Shown: one piece after another, positions 52,808 through 64,000 of the stretch
How the letters are laid out: the number at the start of each line of letters is the position of its first letter
Position numbering within the stretch: the first letter of the stretch is position 1
DNA from: Octopus vulgaris
Taxonomy: Eukaryota
Assembly: GCA_951406725.2 (NCBI GenBank)
Contig: OX597820.1
Location: 75,392,001 to 75,456,000, forward strand
Length of the DNA stretch: 64,000 nt
Direction of reading: 5' to 3'
The notes under the pieces: model-generated
Seen by the model: only the letters and a program-made list of their open reading frames with translations
Told to the model about the DNA's origin: nothing
The model's database searches: none
Position numbers and translations under genes: made by a program

Positions 52808-52910
52808 GTAAAATATGAAAAATCAAGGAAAATGGACATTGTCGTTACTTGTCATAAATAGCCCTTTTTTATTTGCAACGTGCATTTTCGTTGATTTTTC
52901 ATATTTTACC
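52807..52910. repeat. 35-bp inverted repeat (32/35) with 34-nt spacer between two (TA)n tracts
   Basis: GGTAAAATATGAAAAATCAAGGAAAATGGACATTG and CAACGTGCATTTTCGTTGATTTTTCATATTTTACC. Confidence 0.92.
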
Positions 52911-52957
52911 GTTACATTTTCACGTGTATTTTATATTTTCTTTTTATAACATATTTC

Positions 52958-53045
<88 letters not shown>

Positions 53046-53069
53046 CATACATACATATATACATACATA

Positions 53070-53211
53070 TTTTGCTATTTCACTTCTCAGAGCTTCCGAT
53101 TTCGCTTCTGTGAGAGCAGACAACCTGCCCTCAAGGGTCTCAAAGAGTCTTCTTCCAAGAATCAGATTCAAAATCGACGGTGACTCCAATAAAGCAGATT
53201 TCTGGGCATGT
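53070..53211 (-). mobile_element. Severely 5'-truncated R4/Dong-like (RLE) non-LTR retrotransposon end within microsatellite
   Basis: QKSALLESPSILNLILG resembles the terminal QKSALLGTARILRRVL motif of R4/Dong ORFs. A short tail follows, with TA/TATG repeats on both sides. Confidence 0.45.
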
Positions 53212-53717
53212 TATATATATAAAAAAAAAGCAGCATCAAATTAATTAAGTCTCCGACGAAGGTTAGCAGGCCGAAGTTTAAAACTCACTGTAATTCTTCT
53301 TATAAAAGTTCGATAAATAAATATGTGAATATATGTTTGTATGCATGTATATCTCTTAGACATATTTAAAACACGGTAAGTAATCATGAAGAATTATATA
53401 AAACTCAAGCAATCATAGAATGTTCTAAATTCATCTTTATTGATCTGGAATAAAGATATCTTTATTACATAACGGAAGTTTATTTGGTAAAATATTCCCA
53501 TATCCATGTCAATAAAGATATTTCTTCACATAACATATCCTTCAAGAAAACCGATGAGATATCTCTACGTAGCCGTTAAATCTCAGCTGGGAAATCTATA
53601 ACGCTTGTGTTTCGGCGTATTGATGATATCTTTGGTACGTTCCTAAAATTATCGAAATTTCTAAATCATGATTTAAATATTTTGGATTAGCTTGGCAAAG
53701 TTAGGGAAGAATTTTTG

Positions 53718-53770
<53 letters not shown>

Positions 53771-53803
53771 GTACATATATATGCATATATATACATACAT
53801 ATA

Positions 53804-53866
<63 letters not shown>

Positions 53867-53881
53867 GTACATATATATAAT

Positions 53882-54246
53882 ATTCTTTTACTCATTTACT
53901 TGTTTCAGTCATTTGATTGCGGCCATGCTTGAGCACCGCCTTTAGTCGAGTAAATCGACCCCAGGACTTATTGTTTGGAAGCCTAGTATTTATTCGATCG
54001 GTCTGTTTTGCCGAATCGCTAAGTTACGGGGACTTAAACACACAAGCATCGGTTGTCAAGCAATGTTGGGGGAACAAAAACATTCACGCAAACATATATA
54101 TACATATATACGAGGGGCCTCTTTCAGTTTCCGTGTACCAAATCCAATCGGAAGGCTTCGGTCGGCCCGAGGCTAAAGTAGAAGACACTTGCCCAAGGTG
54201 CCACGCGGTTGGACTGAACCAGGAACAATGTAGTTGGTAAGCAAGC

Positions 54247-54247
<1 letters not shown>
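53882..54247 (-). mobile_element. SINE family B
   Basis: Family B motifs, reverse orientation. Confidence 0.9.
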
Positions 54248-54283
<36 letters not shown>

Positions 54284-54413
54284 AACTTATTAACAAGGGC
54301 AAAAGAATAATTATCTCCATGCCAATATGCTGATAACAGACTTTAATTTCCACATATCATTATAGTAAGAAGACAATATTGAATACAAATTTTGGCTCAA
54401 AACCAGAAACATT

Positions 54414-54829
54414 GGCGCAGGAGTGGCTGTGTGGTAAGCAGCTTACTTACCAACCACATGGTGTGGGCTTAGACCCACTGCGTGGCACCTTGGGCAAGTG
54501 TCTTCTACCATAGCATCGGGCCGACCAAAGCCTTGTCAATGGATTTGGTAGACGGAAATTGAAAGAAGCCCTTCGTATATATGTATATATATATATATGT
54601 ATGTGTGTGTATATGTTTGTGTGTCTGTGTTTGCCCCCTCAATATCGCTTGAAAACCGATGCTGGTGTGTTTACATCCGCGTAACTTAGCCGTTCGGCAA
54701 AAGAGACCGATAGAATAAGTACTAAGCTTACAAAGACTAAGTCCTGGGGTCGATTTGCTCGACTAAAGGCCACGCTCCAGCATGGCCACAGATAAATGAT
54801 TGAAACAAGTAAAAGAGTAAAAGAGTAAA
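54414..54829 (+). mobile_element. SINE family B, full length
   Basis: Family B motifs; (GTAAAAGA)n tail. Confidence 0.93.
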
Positions 54830-54837
54830 TATATATA

Positions 54838-55195
54838 TTCTTTTACGTGTTTCGGTCCTTTGACTGAGGCCATGCTGGAACACTACAATAAAGGTGTTTT
54901 GTCGAAGAAATCGACCCCAGAATTTATTTTTTGTAAGCCTAGTACTTACTTTATCAGTCTAATTTGCCGAAAAGCTAAGTTACGGGACGTAAACACACCA
55001 GCATCAAGCGACCTTAGGAAGGCAAACTGACACATATATGTACACAACGAGCTGTTTTTCAGTTTTCCCCTAGCAAATCAACTTACGCGGCCTTGGTCGA
55101 TTCGAGGCTATGATAAAATACACTTACACAAGGTGCTATGCAGTGGAACTGAACCCAGTACCATGTGCTTGGGAAGCAAGCTTTTTACCGCACAA
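54838..55195 (-). mobile_element. SINE family B, older
   Basis: Family B motifs, reverse orientation. Confidence 0.85.
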
Positions 55196-56739
55196 CATAC
55201 ATAAAAGTTTGGAATTGTTGTTACCATGTATCTTGTGAATGTATTATAATTACGTGGTCTTCAAAAAGTATGGAGTAATCATTCAGTCTAATGTAATATT
55301 CTTTTTATTATAAATTGACATAAAATCTAACATTAATACACATACACGCACCAACATATTTATACCGATCTATCTATGAATTTTTCTCTCACTCTCTTTG
55401 TCTATACGCACACACTCACACACATGAATCATATGCACAATGTGGAGAATACCCTACCAACATTATCGAAAATGACCTTAATACAATTCATCCAAGGCTG
55501 GGGCCACGTGCCACACGCCTCCAACGCAATTCAGGCTCAAAACACATAAATTCACTGCAACACAATTTCTTTTCCTCATCGTGCCCTGCACCATTTAACA
55601 TTGTACCAAAACAATTCAAATAAGAAAAAGAACCTATCACTTTCAAACGAAACCTGACCATAAAGCAAATATATATATATACATATGCGTGTGTATGTGT
55701 GTATTATATTGTTAGTAATAGGCCATGCAAACCTCTTAAACCTTATTTCGCATTTACATCCATAAACATAAGAACATTTCTGCTTGTGTAGAGTCTTGAG
55801 AATTATGGTCTCACATTAAGTTTCATTACGTTTGTATCTTTGTGTTATCCCATATCAAATATTAAGAGTGTGTGAGCTGCATTACGTCACATGTTCTATA
55901 TCTGTGTATTTCTAATGTTCATTTATGAATATATGCATATACTAATAGTTTTTTCTTTTATAATCATTTGTTTCTTTGTTCATTGTCTTACTGTTATAGC
56001 AAGTTCTGGAAGGGAAATGCTTAGAGCTATATACAACGTTATGTAATTCTACGAAGTGGTGTGAAGAGAGGTAGGAGGAAGAAGCGAAGAAAGTATTACT
56101 GTAAATAATAAACAATACACGTCAGTAACAACGATGAGAAACATTCACGTATACACTTAAAAAACACATATATATATACACACACACTTACACGTGAACA
56201 TACTCACACACATATGTATATGTGTATGTATACATCTCCAGTGTATCATGTGTGCAGATATATAGGTATGACTGATCTAGTTATGCGTAAATCCCCCGTT
56301 GATTATCATAGCCTAGTTTGCTTCCAGCACTATGATTAAGTAAGTAGTAAGAATTATAAAATAGCTGTGAAATATAGAGCAAATGTAACTTAATGGAATA
56401 ATGTTGTCTCTGATGCCCCGCTCTGGTTAAGTATCCATATGCACTTGGGATATACAATGCAGGATTCCAAGCAGGATATAAGAGTGAAACCAGTAATATT
56501 ATTTTCGGTTTATCTTAAAATCATATATATATATATACATATATGAAATGTAAGCAATCGTGGATGCACTTTTTCCCCAATGCTCTGGACTAATTAACTC
56601 CCTGCATGTTGCTTTGTTCGGTTAAATGTACACAAGCACCATACTTTCGCTGAGAGCAGTGGAGTAGGGTCCGCACAAATGACATGTTTATAGAGATCAA
56701 ATGTTTGCTCTCATAGCTCACTGTTTCAATCAAATCATT

Positions 56740-57247
56740 ATTACCCGTACAAGTACAGAGAGTGCCAGATGCCAGCCATCGAAGTGACTGCGGAGCAACG
56801 TGAAATGAAGTATTTTTCTGAAGAACACAATGCACCGACTAAGACGGTAATCGAAACCGCGATCGCACTACTCAGCCGAAAGTCGATAGCAGTTAAAAGG
56901 AGGTAAGCGTTTCCTATATCTGATACACAATGAATTCAGGTATTCATACGCAAGAAGGCGCGTGGCTTAACGGTTTGGGCAATTCGGGTCACAAGTGTAA
57001 GATCATGAGTTCGAGTTTGTTCAAGAACCTTTGTTTCACCTTCCTCCAAGGCACTCAGTTGGTAAAAATGAGCCGTGCCTATATTCCAAGGGGTCAATAT
57101 TGTCGTATTATGTGATGTACTGGATCTCTATGTGAACTACTTGCAAATGTCTGTGGAGTGCTCAGCCACTTGTACGTTAATTTCACGAGGAAGCTGTTCC
57201 GTGAGATCCGATCAACCAGAACACTCGTTGTTTTAACTGATGGAGTA
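56740..57247. mobile_element. SINE C-related fragments (- 56740-56870; + 56955-57247)
   Basis: GGAGCAACGTGAAATGAAG..AGAACACAATGC; GGCGCGTGGCTTAA..GTCTGTGGAGTGCTCAGCCACTT. Confidence 0.75.
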
Positions 57248-58409
57248 GATGTTTCTTTTTATTGATATGTAGTTATATCATACAAAACACGCGTCTCTCT
57301 TCAGATATTCCCAGAATATTTACTGGAAATTCACCGGAACAACAATACTTCAATCTTTAGAAAGTATTTCAACGAAGAAATAGCAAATCCTGTAATGTAA
57401 CTGGTTTTTGCTACTCTATATGTAATGCCTGTGTCTAAATAAAACGATATAAAGTCGGTAAAACAAAAGAAAAGTGTCAATAAAAGTTTTTGTTTCCTTT
57501 CACTCCGCATGATGACCATTAATCCCTTTCTTTTGTAATGCTTGACGAATTCCTTGGACAGATTAAATTAATACGAAATATTCTCATAGTTTATTTATAC
57601 AGATAAAGAAAGAAAAAAAGGAGTTTATGTCTTGTGTAAATGCTGCAACAGAAGTTATATTTCTGTCCAGTTGTTCAACTCTTGAATATAAACCAATATA
57701 TCAACAATGTATCTATATATTTGTAATTATAAAGAATATTATGATAAATGACATGTGTACATAAATGTATTATTAATAGTCATACATATGTCTCTAGACC
57801 ACATGCACTTCTTCGTAGAGACATCTTTTGTATAATGTCATGATTTTATTCCCATTAATTTCATATTATATCAGAAATCTCTTTCGGTTACTAAGATGCA
57901 TTGCTGTCATTTGTTCGCAGATAATATATCTTCATGCGGTTCGATTCAATAAAGACATACCTACATACATGTCAAATATTAGGGGATATAAATGTCGACC
58001 TGATACTATATCAAAAACGAGATGGGGTAAGACAAAAGTTCAGCCTCTTCCTCTCTTATTCTTATATTTAATTTAATTCTTCAATACTAAACTATTTAGA
58101 CTATAAGTAATAGACTTTCAATGTATAGATATAGTTAAGTGTACAGCAGTAAGCATTGACTCAATTATAAGTAATAAAATCTATATAGAATTCACCGCTG
58201 TAAACAATGATACTGTCCATTCCACTTAGAGAAACCTTTTATACAGAATTCACGTTTGGCTATTTTATTAAAACCACTAACGTCAGGCACGTGGCTCCCT
58301 GTTTAATGTCTTAACAGTAGTTTCGCTTTCGTTAATACTGTGTAATCACGGCTGAATTCAATTGTGATGTCCACGTCAAATTAATTCCTTGCCCCACTCC
58401 TCCTCTCAC

Positions 58410-58523
58410 CGCTGTCCCGCCTCCCGGACATAGAGATGATGATAGCTTCATGCCTCCCGGGTGGAATGTGAAATCACTGATATTATTCGTCTCCGAGGTA
58501 GATCCGGAATCCATACTGGTCAT
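58410..58523 (-). CDS. Candidate coding exon of an unknown host gene (MTSMDSGSTSETNNISDFTFHPGGMKLSSSLCPGGGTA)
   Basis: Locally GC-richer unique sequence. A pyrimidine tract ending TCTAG precedes the ATG, and GCG|GTGAGA is a possible donor (114 nt, phase 0). No recognisable homology. Confidence 0.25.
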
Positions 58524-59576
58524 CTAGACTCATAGGAAAAAGCAGTAATAAAGAAACGAATGGCATAGCTTGTCTACTAATAACATATATAACAAAGAGG
58601 CGGAGTGGGAGAGGGGGAAGGAGGGTCATGAAGAGAAGGAGAAAGAAAGAAAGAAAGAAAGAAAGACAGAAAGAAAGAAAGAAAGAAAGAATGAACAAAG
58701 AAAGAAAGTGCGAGAAAAGAAACAAACAGAATGATGATAAAAAAAAAAATGTCCTCTCTTTCTGACCCGGTATCTGAACCATGATTGACCTTAATCCTGG
58801 GTCCCTAAATTACGAAGGGTGTCTCGTTACATTTATCATCGGAAGTATAACGGACATTGTGTGCGACAGCATGTAGACTAACCTATTTTTTCCACGATTA
58901 AAGATGGCGGTTTTCGGAAATCCGATCATTAAGCCAGCTTTGCACAATTCATATTCCATCCCTATTTATTGAATAGATCGGGGTTTTTTTTCTTCTTTTT
59001 TCATTGAATAAATCAGATTTCAATACGTCCAGACGAATGCACGATAGAGTTATTTTTTCCGGTGTGTCTAGAGCATGATATATTTATATCAGGAGAAATT
59101 TAGTTCGATAATGAAAAGGTGAGTATTCTGGTGTTGTTATTTTTTGTTTTATTTCTTTTTTTCTTTTTTTGTCTTGACCAGCTCGTGACTTGTTACTGGC
59201 ATCACATCTCCAGCCAGTTCAGTGATTTACTTGAGACAATTCCCGTGCTTATTCTCAAAGCATACAGTTAGGAGCACAGACACAATTAGCATTTTATATA
59301 TCTAATACCGTCCCTGCTGGTCATTCAATTACACGTGTGTGTGGGAGTGCGTGTGTATGTGTGTATGCGCGTCTGTGTATGTATGTATATATATATATAT
59401 ATATACATGCATATGTATATATGTATATATACACACACACACATATATATATACACATATATATATGTATGTACTAATATAGATGTATATATATATATAT
59501 ATATATGTATGTATATATAAGCATACATACTTGTATATATGTATGTACATAGTCCGATAGGCAGGTAGATAGAAGC

Positions 59577-59631
<55 letters not shown>

Positions 59632-59696
59632 TATAGATAGATAGATAAATAGATAGATGTGTATATGTAGATATAGATGTAGATGCATAGATATAT

Positions 59697-60022
59697 GTAC
59701 GTGTGGTTTCAGAGGCGAGGGTTGTTCGGTTGATGATCGCACGGTCGTGAGTTCGATTCCCGCCGGTACGCCTTATCTTTCAACGAAACGTTTTATTTCA
59801 CGTTACTCCAGTTCACTCAAATGCCAAAAAATGAGTGGCACCCGCAGTTCAAAGAAGCATCCATGTCACACTTTGTGTCACGTTGAATATCTCTGACAAC
59901 TACGTTCATATGATACACATGCCTGCATATCTCTGCATCCACATGAGCGTTAATTTCGGGAACAAGTTATTCTGTTGATCAGACCAACTGGAACACTTTC
60001 TCTCCAACCGACGGAGTGCCAC
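59697..60022 (+). mobile_element. SINE family C
   Basis: GTGAGTTCGATTCC B box; CCAACCGACGGAGTGCC tail. Confidence 0.8.
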
Positions 60023-60236
60023 TATATATATACATATATACATATATACATATATATACACACATACATACATACATATATGTATGTATATATATATGTA
60101 TACATACACATACATATGTATATATATATATATATATACACACATACATATAAATATATATATGTATGTATATATATATATATATACACATACATATATA
60201 TATATGTATGTATGTATATATATATATATATGTATG

Positions 60237-60293
<57 letters not shown>

Positions 60294-60427
60294 TTTTCCT
60301 CTCATCATTTCGCTGTTGATAAATTAAGTACCAGTTTAGTATTGGGTCGATGTAATAATAGGCTTACCCTTCCCCAAAAATTCTACCTCTGTGCGAACAT
60401 TTGAAAGTACTATGTTCAAGTCAATTA

Positions 60428-61006
60428 AGGTGATCTGGCAAAATCGTTAGCACGCCGGGCGAATTGCTTAGTGGTATTTCGTCTGCCGCTACGTTCTGAG
60501 TTCAAATTCCATCGAGGTCGACTTTGCCTTTCATCCTTTCGGTGTCGATTAAATAAGTACCTGTTACGCACTGGGGTCGATATAATCGACTTAAACCGTT
60601 TGTCTGTCCTTGTTTGTCCTCTCTGTGTTTAGCCCCTTGTGTTTAGTAAAGAAATAGGTATTTCGTCTGCCGCTACGTTCTGAGTTCAAATTCCGCCGAG
60701 GTCGACTTTGCCTTTCATCATTTTGGGGTCGATTAAATAAGTACCAGTTATGCACTGAGGTCGATACAGTCGACTTAATCCGTTTGTCTGTCCTTGTTTG
60801 TCCTCTCTGTTTAGCCCCTTGTGGGTAGTAAAGAAATAGGTATTTTGTCTGCCGCTACGTTCTGAGTTCAAATTCCACCGAGGTCGATTTTGCCTTTCAT
60901 CCTTTCGGTGTCGATTAATTAAGTATCAGTTGCGTACCGGTTCCATCTAGTCGACTGCTCTCCTCCGCCAGAATTTCGGGCCTTGTTCCTAGAATAGAAA
61001 AGAATA
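60428..61006 (+). mobile_element. SINE family A head-to-tail trimer
   Basis: One head, then three bodies starting GGTATTT(C/T)GTCTGCCGCTACG; the first two end in the long tail (..AAAGAAATA) and the last in the short tail. Confidence 0.95.
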
Positions 61007-61024
61007 TTATACTCAGTATAAAGA

Positions 61025-61230
61025 CGGCTGGGTGGCAGAATCATGAGCACACTGGACGAAATGCTTAGCAGTATTTCGCCCATTACTACGTTCTGAGTTC
61101 AAATTCCACCGAGGTCGACTTTGCCTTTCATCCTTTCGAGGTCGATAAAATAAGTACCTGTTGGACACCGGGGTCGATGTTATCGACTCATCCCCACCTC
61201 CTCCAAGTTGCCCTTGTGGCAAAAATTTGT
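61025..61230 (+). mobile_element. SINE family A monomer
   Basis: Head, core and short tail. Confidence 0.88.
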
Positions 61231-61549
61231 GATATACTAACTTTCCTGGTATTTCTAATTATATGTGCTTGTAAAGAAAGAGTTTATCTCTCACAACACA
61301 ATATGCCCCCACCCTCATACACACACACGTGCATTAGGTTGTCAGATAAATTCGTTCTCATTTTTTTGCTATGTGGTATTCTTTCGTTATTTGTTAGAAA
61401 AGTGGTAAAATTTATTCAAATTTGAGAACTGGCAAATAAAGGTTATAGAGAGAGAAATGGGGTACTAAAAACAACCCAAAACCTCTACGATAAACTATTC
61501 AATGTTTGTCTGATAAAATAAAGAACAAATATTCGTATATTGATTTATA

Positions 61550-61955
61550 AGCGCAGGTGTGGTTGCGTGGTAAGAAATTTGTTTCTCAAACATGCTTCAA
61601 GGTTCAATTCTGCAGCGTGACAACTTGGACAAGTGTCTTCTACTACAGCCTGGAGCTGACCAAAGACTTGTGAGTGGATTTCGTTGACAAAAACTGTAAG
61701 AAGCTTGTCGTGTATATATATATATAATCACATCTGCGCTTATATATATATATATGTGTGTGTGTGTGTATATGCGTGTGTGTGTGGGTGCAACTTTGTG
61801 TATATTCCTTACCAACAAGTGATGGTGTGTTTGCGTTCCTGTAAGCCAGTGGCTTAGCAAAATAGACATTTAAAGTATATAACAAGCCTCAAATACATTC
61901 ATCCAAAACATGTTCAAGGCGGTGGCCCAGCATGACGACAGCCTAATGAGTAAAG
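61550..61955 (+). mobile_element. SINE family B, diverged
   Basis: GCGCAGGTGTGGTTGCGTGGTAAG..CAAGTGTCTTCTACTACAGCC. Confidence 0.8.
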
Positions 61956-62088
61956 ATTTATTCTCATTATGTCTAGGCATGTCCAGAAGCCAAATATGCT
62001 AGTCGTTGTAGTGTACATCAAAGGAAAAAAGCTTCACTGTTTCATGGCGATAGTGTGTTCAACTCAATTGACTCATTAGCGCATATGA

Positions 62089-62135
62089 TTCTCGGACACC
62101 GGGTGTTTCGACATGCTGTGTCTCATCAGCTAGAA
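62089..62135 (-). ncRNA. Type I hammerhead ribozyme candidate with complete canonical core
   Basis: TTCTAG-CTGATGA-GACA-cagca-TGTC-GAA-ACAC-ccg-GTGT-C-CGAGAA: all core nucleotides, G10.1-C11.1 pair, GUC triplet, stem I 5/6 paired. Confidence 0.78.
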
Positions 62136-62334
62136 AATAATCTGGATCTTTAAATGTAGCCAAGATTCTCATCTCTCTTTATACTTTCAGCGAATAGAAT
62201 GTTTGCTAATCAGTGCTTATATGGATACGACCGCGTACAGGGAGATAACGCTATCGTCACAAAGAGTTTTTCCTACTTTGGCCGACAATATAGCGATTGT
62301 TGTATTTATCCTCTGAATCTGCTTGTTGATTTCA

Positions 62335-62545
62335 AATTCTGTAAGAAGGCTAGCGATGTAGGCGAGTGGGGTGGAATACATCGATTACATCGACCCCAGT
62401 GCTCAAGTGGTATTTATTTTATTGAGCTCGAAGGATGAAATGCAAAGTTGACGCCGACAGCACTTGAACTCTGAACATGAAGTTGGATGAAATGCCGCTT
62501 GACATATTTTCTGGCGCAGTAACGACTCTACAAGCGTGCCACCTT
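62335..62545 (-). mobile_element. SINE family A, diverged
   Basis: TCGATTACATCGACCCCAGT..AAGGATGAAATGCAAAGTTGAC. Confidence 0.75.
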
Positions 62546-63179
62546 AACATGCCTAGACGTAGTAGAAATAAATATGTCAATAGTTTTCCTATATTTCGCT
62601 GTACACAATGAAATAACGATTTCAAAAAAAAAAAAACAATTTATCGGAGAAGACGTCATGCTCTCATTGCTAAAATACAATTGTATGTACCTGTAGATTC
62701 TTTACTGATGATAAAAGAACAATTAGTTTGACTTTGGAAAATAACTTATTCGAGGTATTTCATGATTAAAGTTATAAATTGGAGTCTTCTCATCGGTAGA
62801 TAGGTATAATTAATTAGTCATTCCATCTGTGACAATCCATGTGGATTAAGCAGTACATTATCCAAGATATCCTTTAATTTTTGAGGCTTTATGGAGCATT
62901 ATCTTTGGTGGAATACATCTTGCTTTCTGTTGATTTTCGTGGTGCTCTTTCATGCCTTATTGGTAAAGAGAACTATTGGTAAAACTAAGCTATTACAGAG
63001 CTGGATTTTTTAGTGTAGGCCGTCAGTGTTGGAGGAGCACATAGTGCACATTCCCTGGAATATGGCTTTGCTTGTTCAATCTCAGACACTTTCGTTGTTG
63101 CCTTTGTTACTGATGATGCAACCCAGACTTGTACATATGTCTACTCTCGATAATTTGCCGATTAATTTTTACGAACATT

Positions 63180-63530
63180 GTTTCAGGATGTGTTTTATTT
63201 AAGATATTTAAGAAAGATTCTGAGTATGTACCAGCACGACCATGTAACCAATGAAGATATTCTAAAGAAAGCCAAGACAATATCATTTCGCGAAATCATC
63301 TCAGTATTAAGATTAAAAGAAACAGGTTGCATACTTTGGCTACCAAAACAACGTCATGAAAGAACAGTTTCCAAATGCACAGCACCAGATCTAAGAAGAG
63401 AGGAATACGGACAATTAAATGTTGCAGAACATTCCTAACTTATATGAGAGAGATCAATATCACATACCCAGATGCGGAGAAGATTGCACCCAACAGAAAC
63501 CAGTGGCGTTAAATTGGTACAAGGGGATCT
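63180..63530 (+). mobile_element. RTE-clade LINE 3' fragment
   Basis: DVFYLRYLRKILSMYQHDHVTNEDILKKA..RLKETGCILWLP..R and (frameshifted) RTFL..EINIT..DAEKIAPNRNQWR match the RTE C-terminus (RCLRKIL.I.WQD.VTNEEVL..GHILRLP..AQDR..WR). Confidence 0.8.
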
Positions 63531-64000
63531 GATATACAATGCGGTGGTGCATTATAAAGAATATTTGGCCGCTGTTTATAGCACTTTGATCTGCCGTTTA
63601 GTGACTTACTGAACGGATTTATATTTCTGTTTCCAGTAATTAATTTATACAAAGCATAATTACGCATTGCTATAAGGAAATTTAGTGGAGATCCACTCGT
63701 TAGCATTGGCATTCATTAAATTCTTTTGGGATGGATTTTGTAAGTATTTACTAATTGCAAACTTAACATAGTGTAAACATGAGAAATATGATTCCCCGCC
63801 CGTTAAAACCTAGTCCTACAACCTCCCTCATCAGATTGCTACCCCTTATTCCCTTATTTTATGGATAAATTATTCAGGGAAATATTTTAAAATGGCGTCT
63901 TGGATTTGGTAAGGACAAGAACTTGTTAGGGTTTGTAATAAAATGTTTGACGGATAAACTACATACACACTATGCAACTAATGAATTGGCTGTAAAGTTA

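Noticed and set aside
60428-61006. Regularly repeated ~185-bp units resembling a CRISPR array or satellite
   Set aside because: Units are whole SINE bodies with no unique spacers, in eukaryotic context.

Overview
AT-rich, microsatellite-dense animal DNA, intronic or intergenic. The SINE families and repeat style resemble octopus/cephalopod genomes (inference from recognition, not a search). No intact host protein-coding gene is visible, and almost all listed ORFs are translations of (TA)n/(CA)n/(TATG)n/(GATA)n tracts or SINEs. Recognisable elements: a decayed Chapaev3-type transposase (1-1360), an irritans-like mariner (4844-6070), a chimeric two-subfamily mariner (20342-21602), an internally deleted rosa-like Tc1/mariner, Helitron-type elements, MITEs, RTE and R4/Dong-like LINE fragments, and about 35 copies of three tRNA-derived SINE families. 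The most interesting hidden layer is a set of type I hammerhead-ribozyme motifs. The best are 3772-3865 (+) and 62089-62135 (-), and several sit in short non-coding cassettes whose 3' ends run into (TA)n. A second notable pattern is a SINE whose long-tail form is always followed by GGTATT(T), giving head-to-tail multimers that suggest self-targeted insertion. All folds and alignments were done by eye, and coordinates of decayed elements are approximate.
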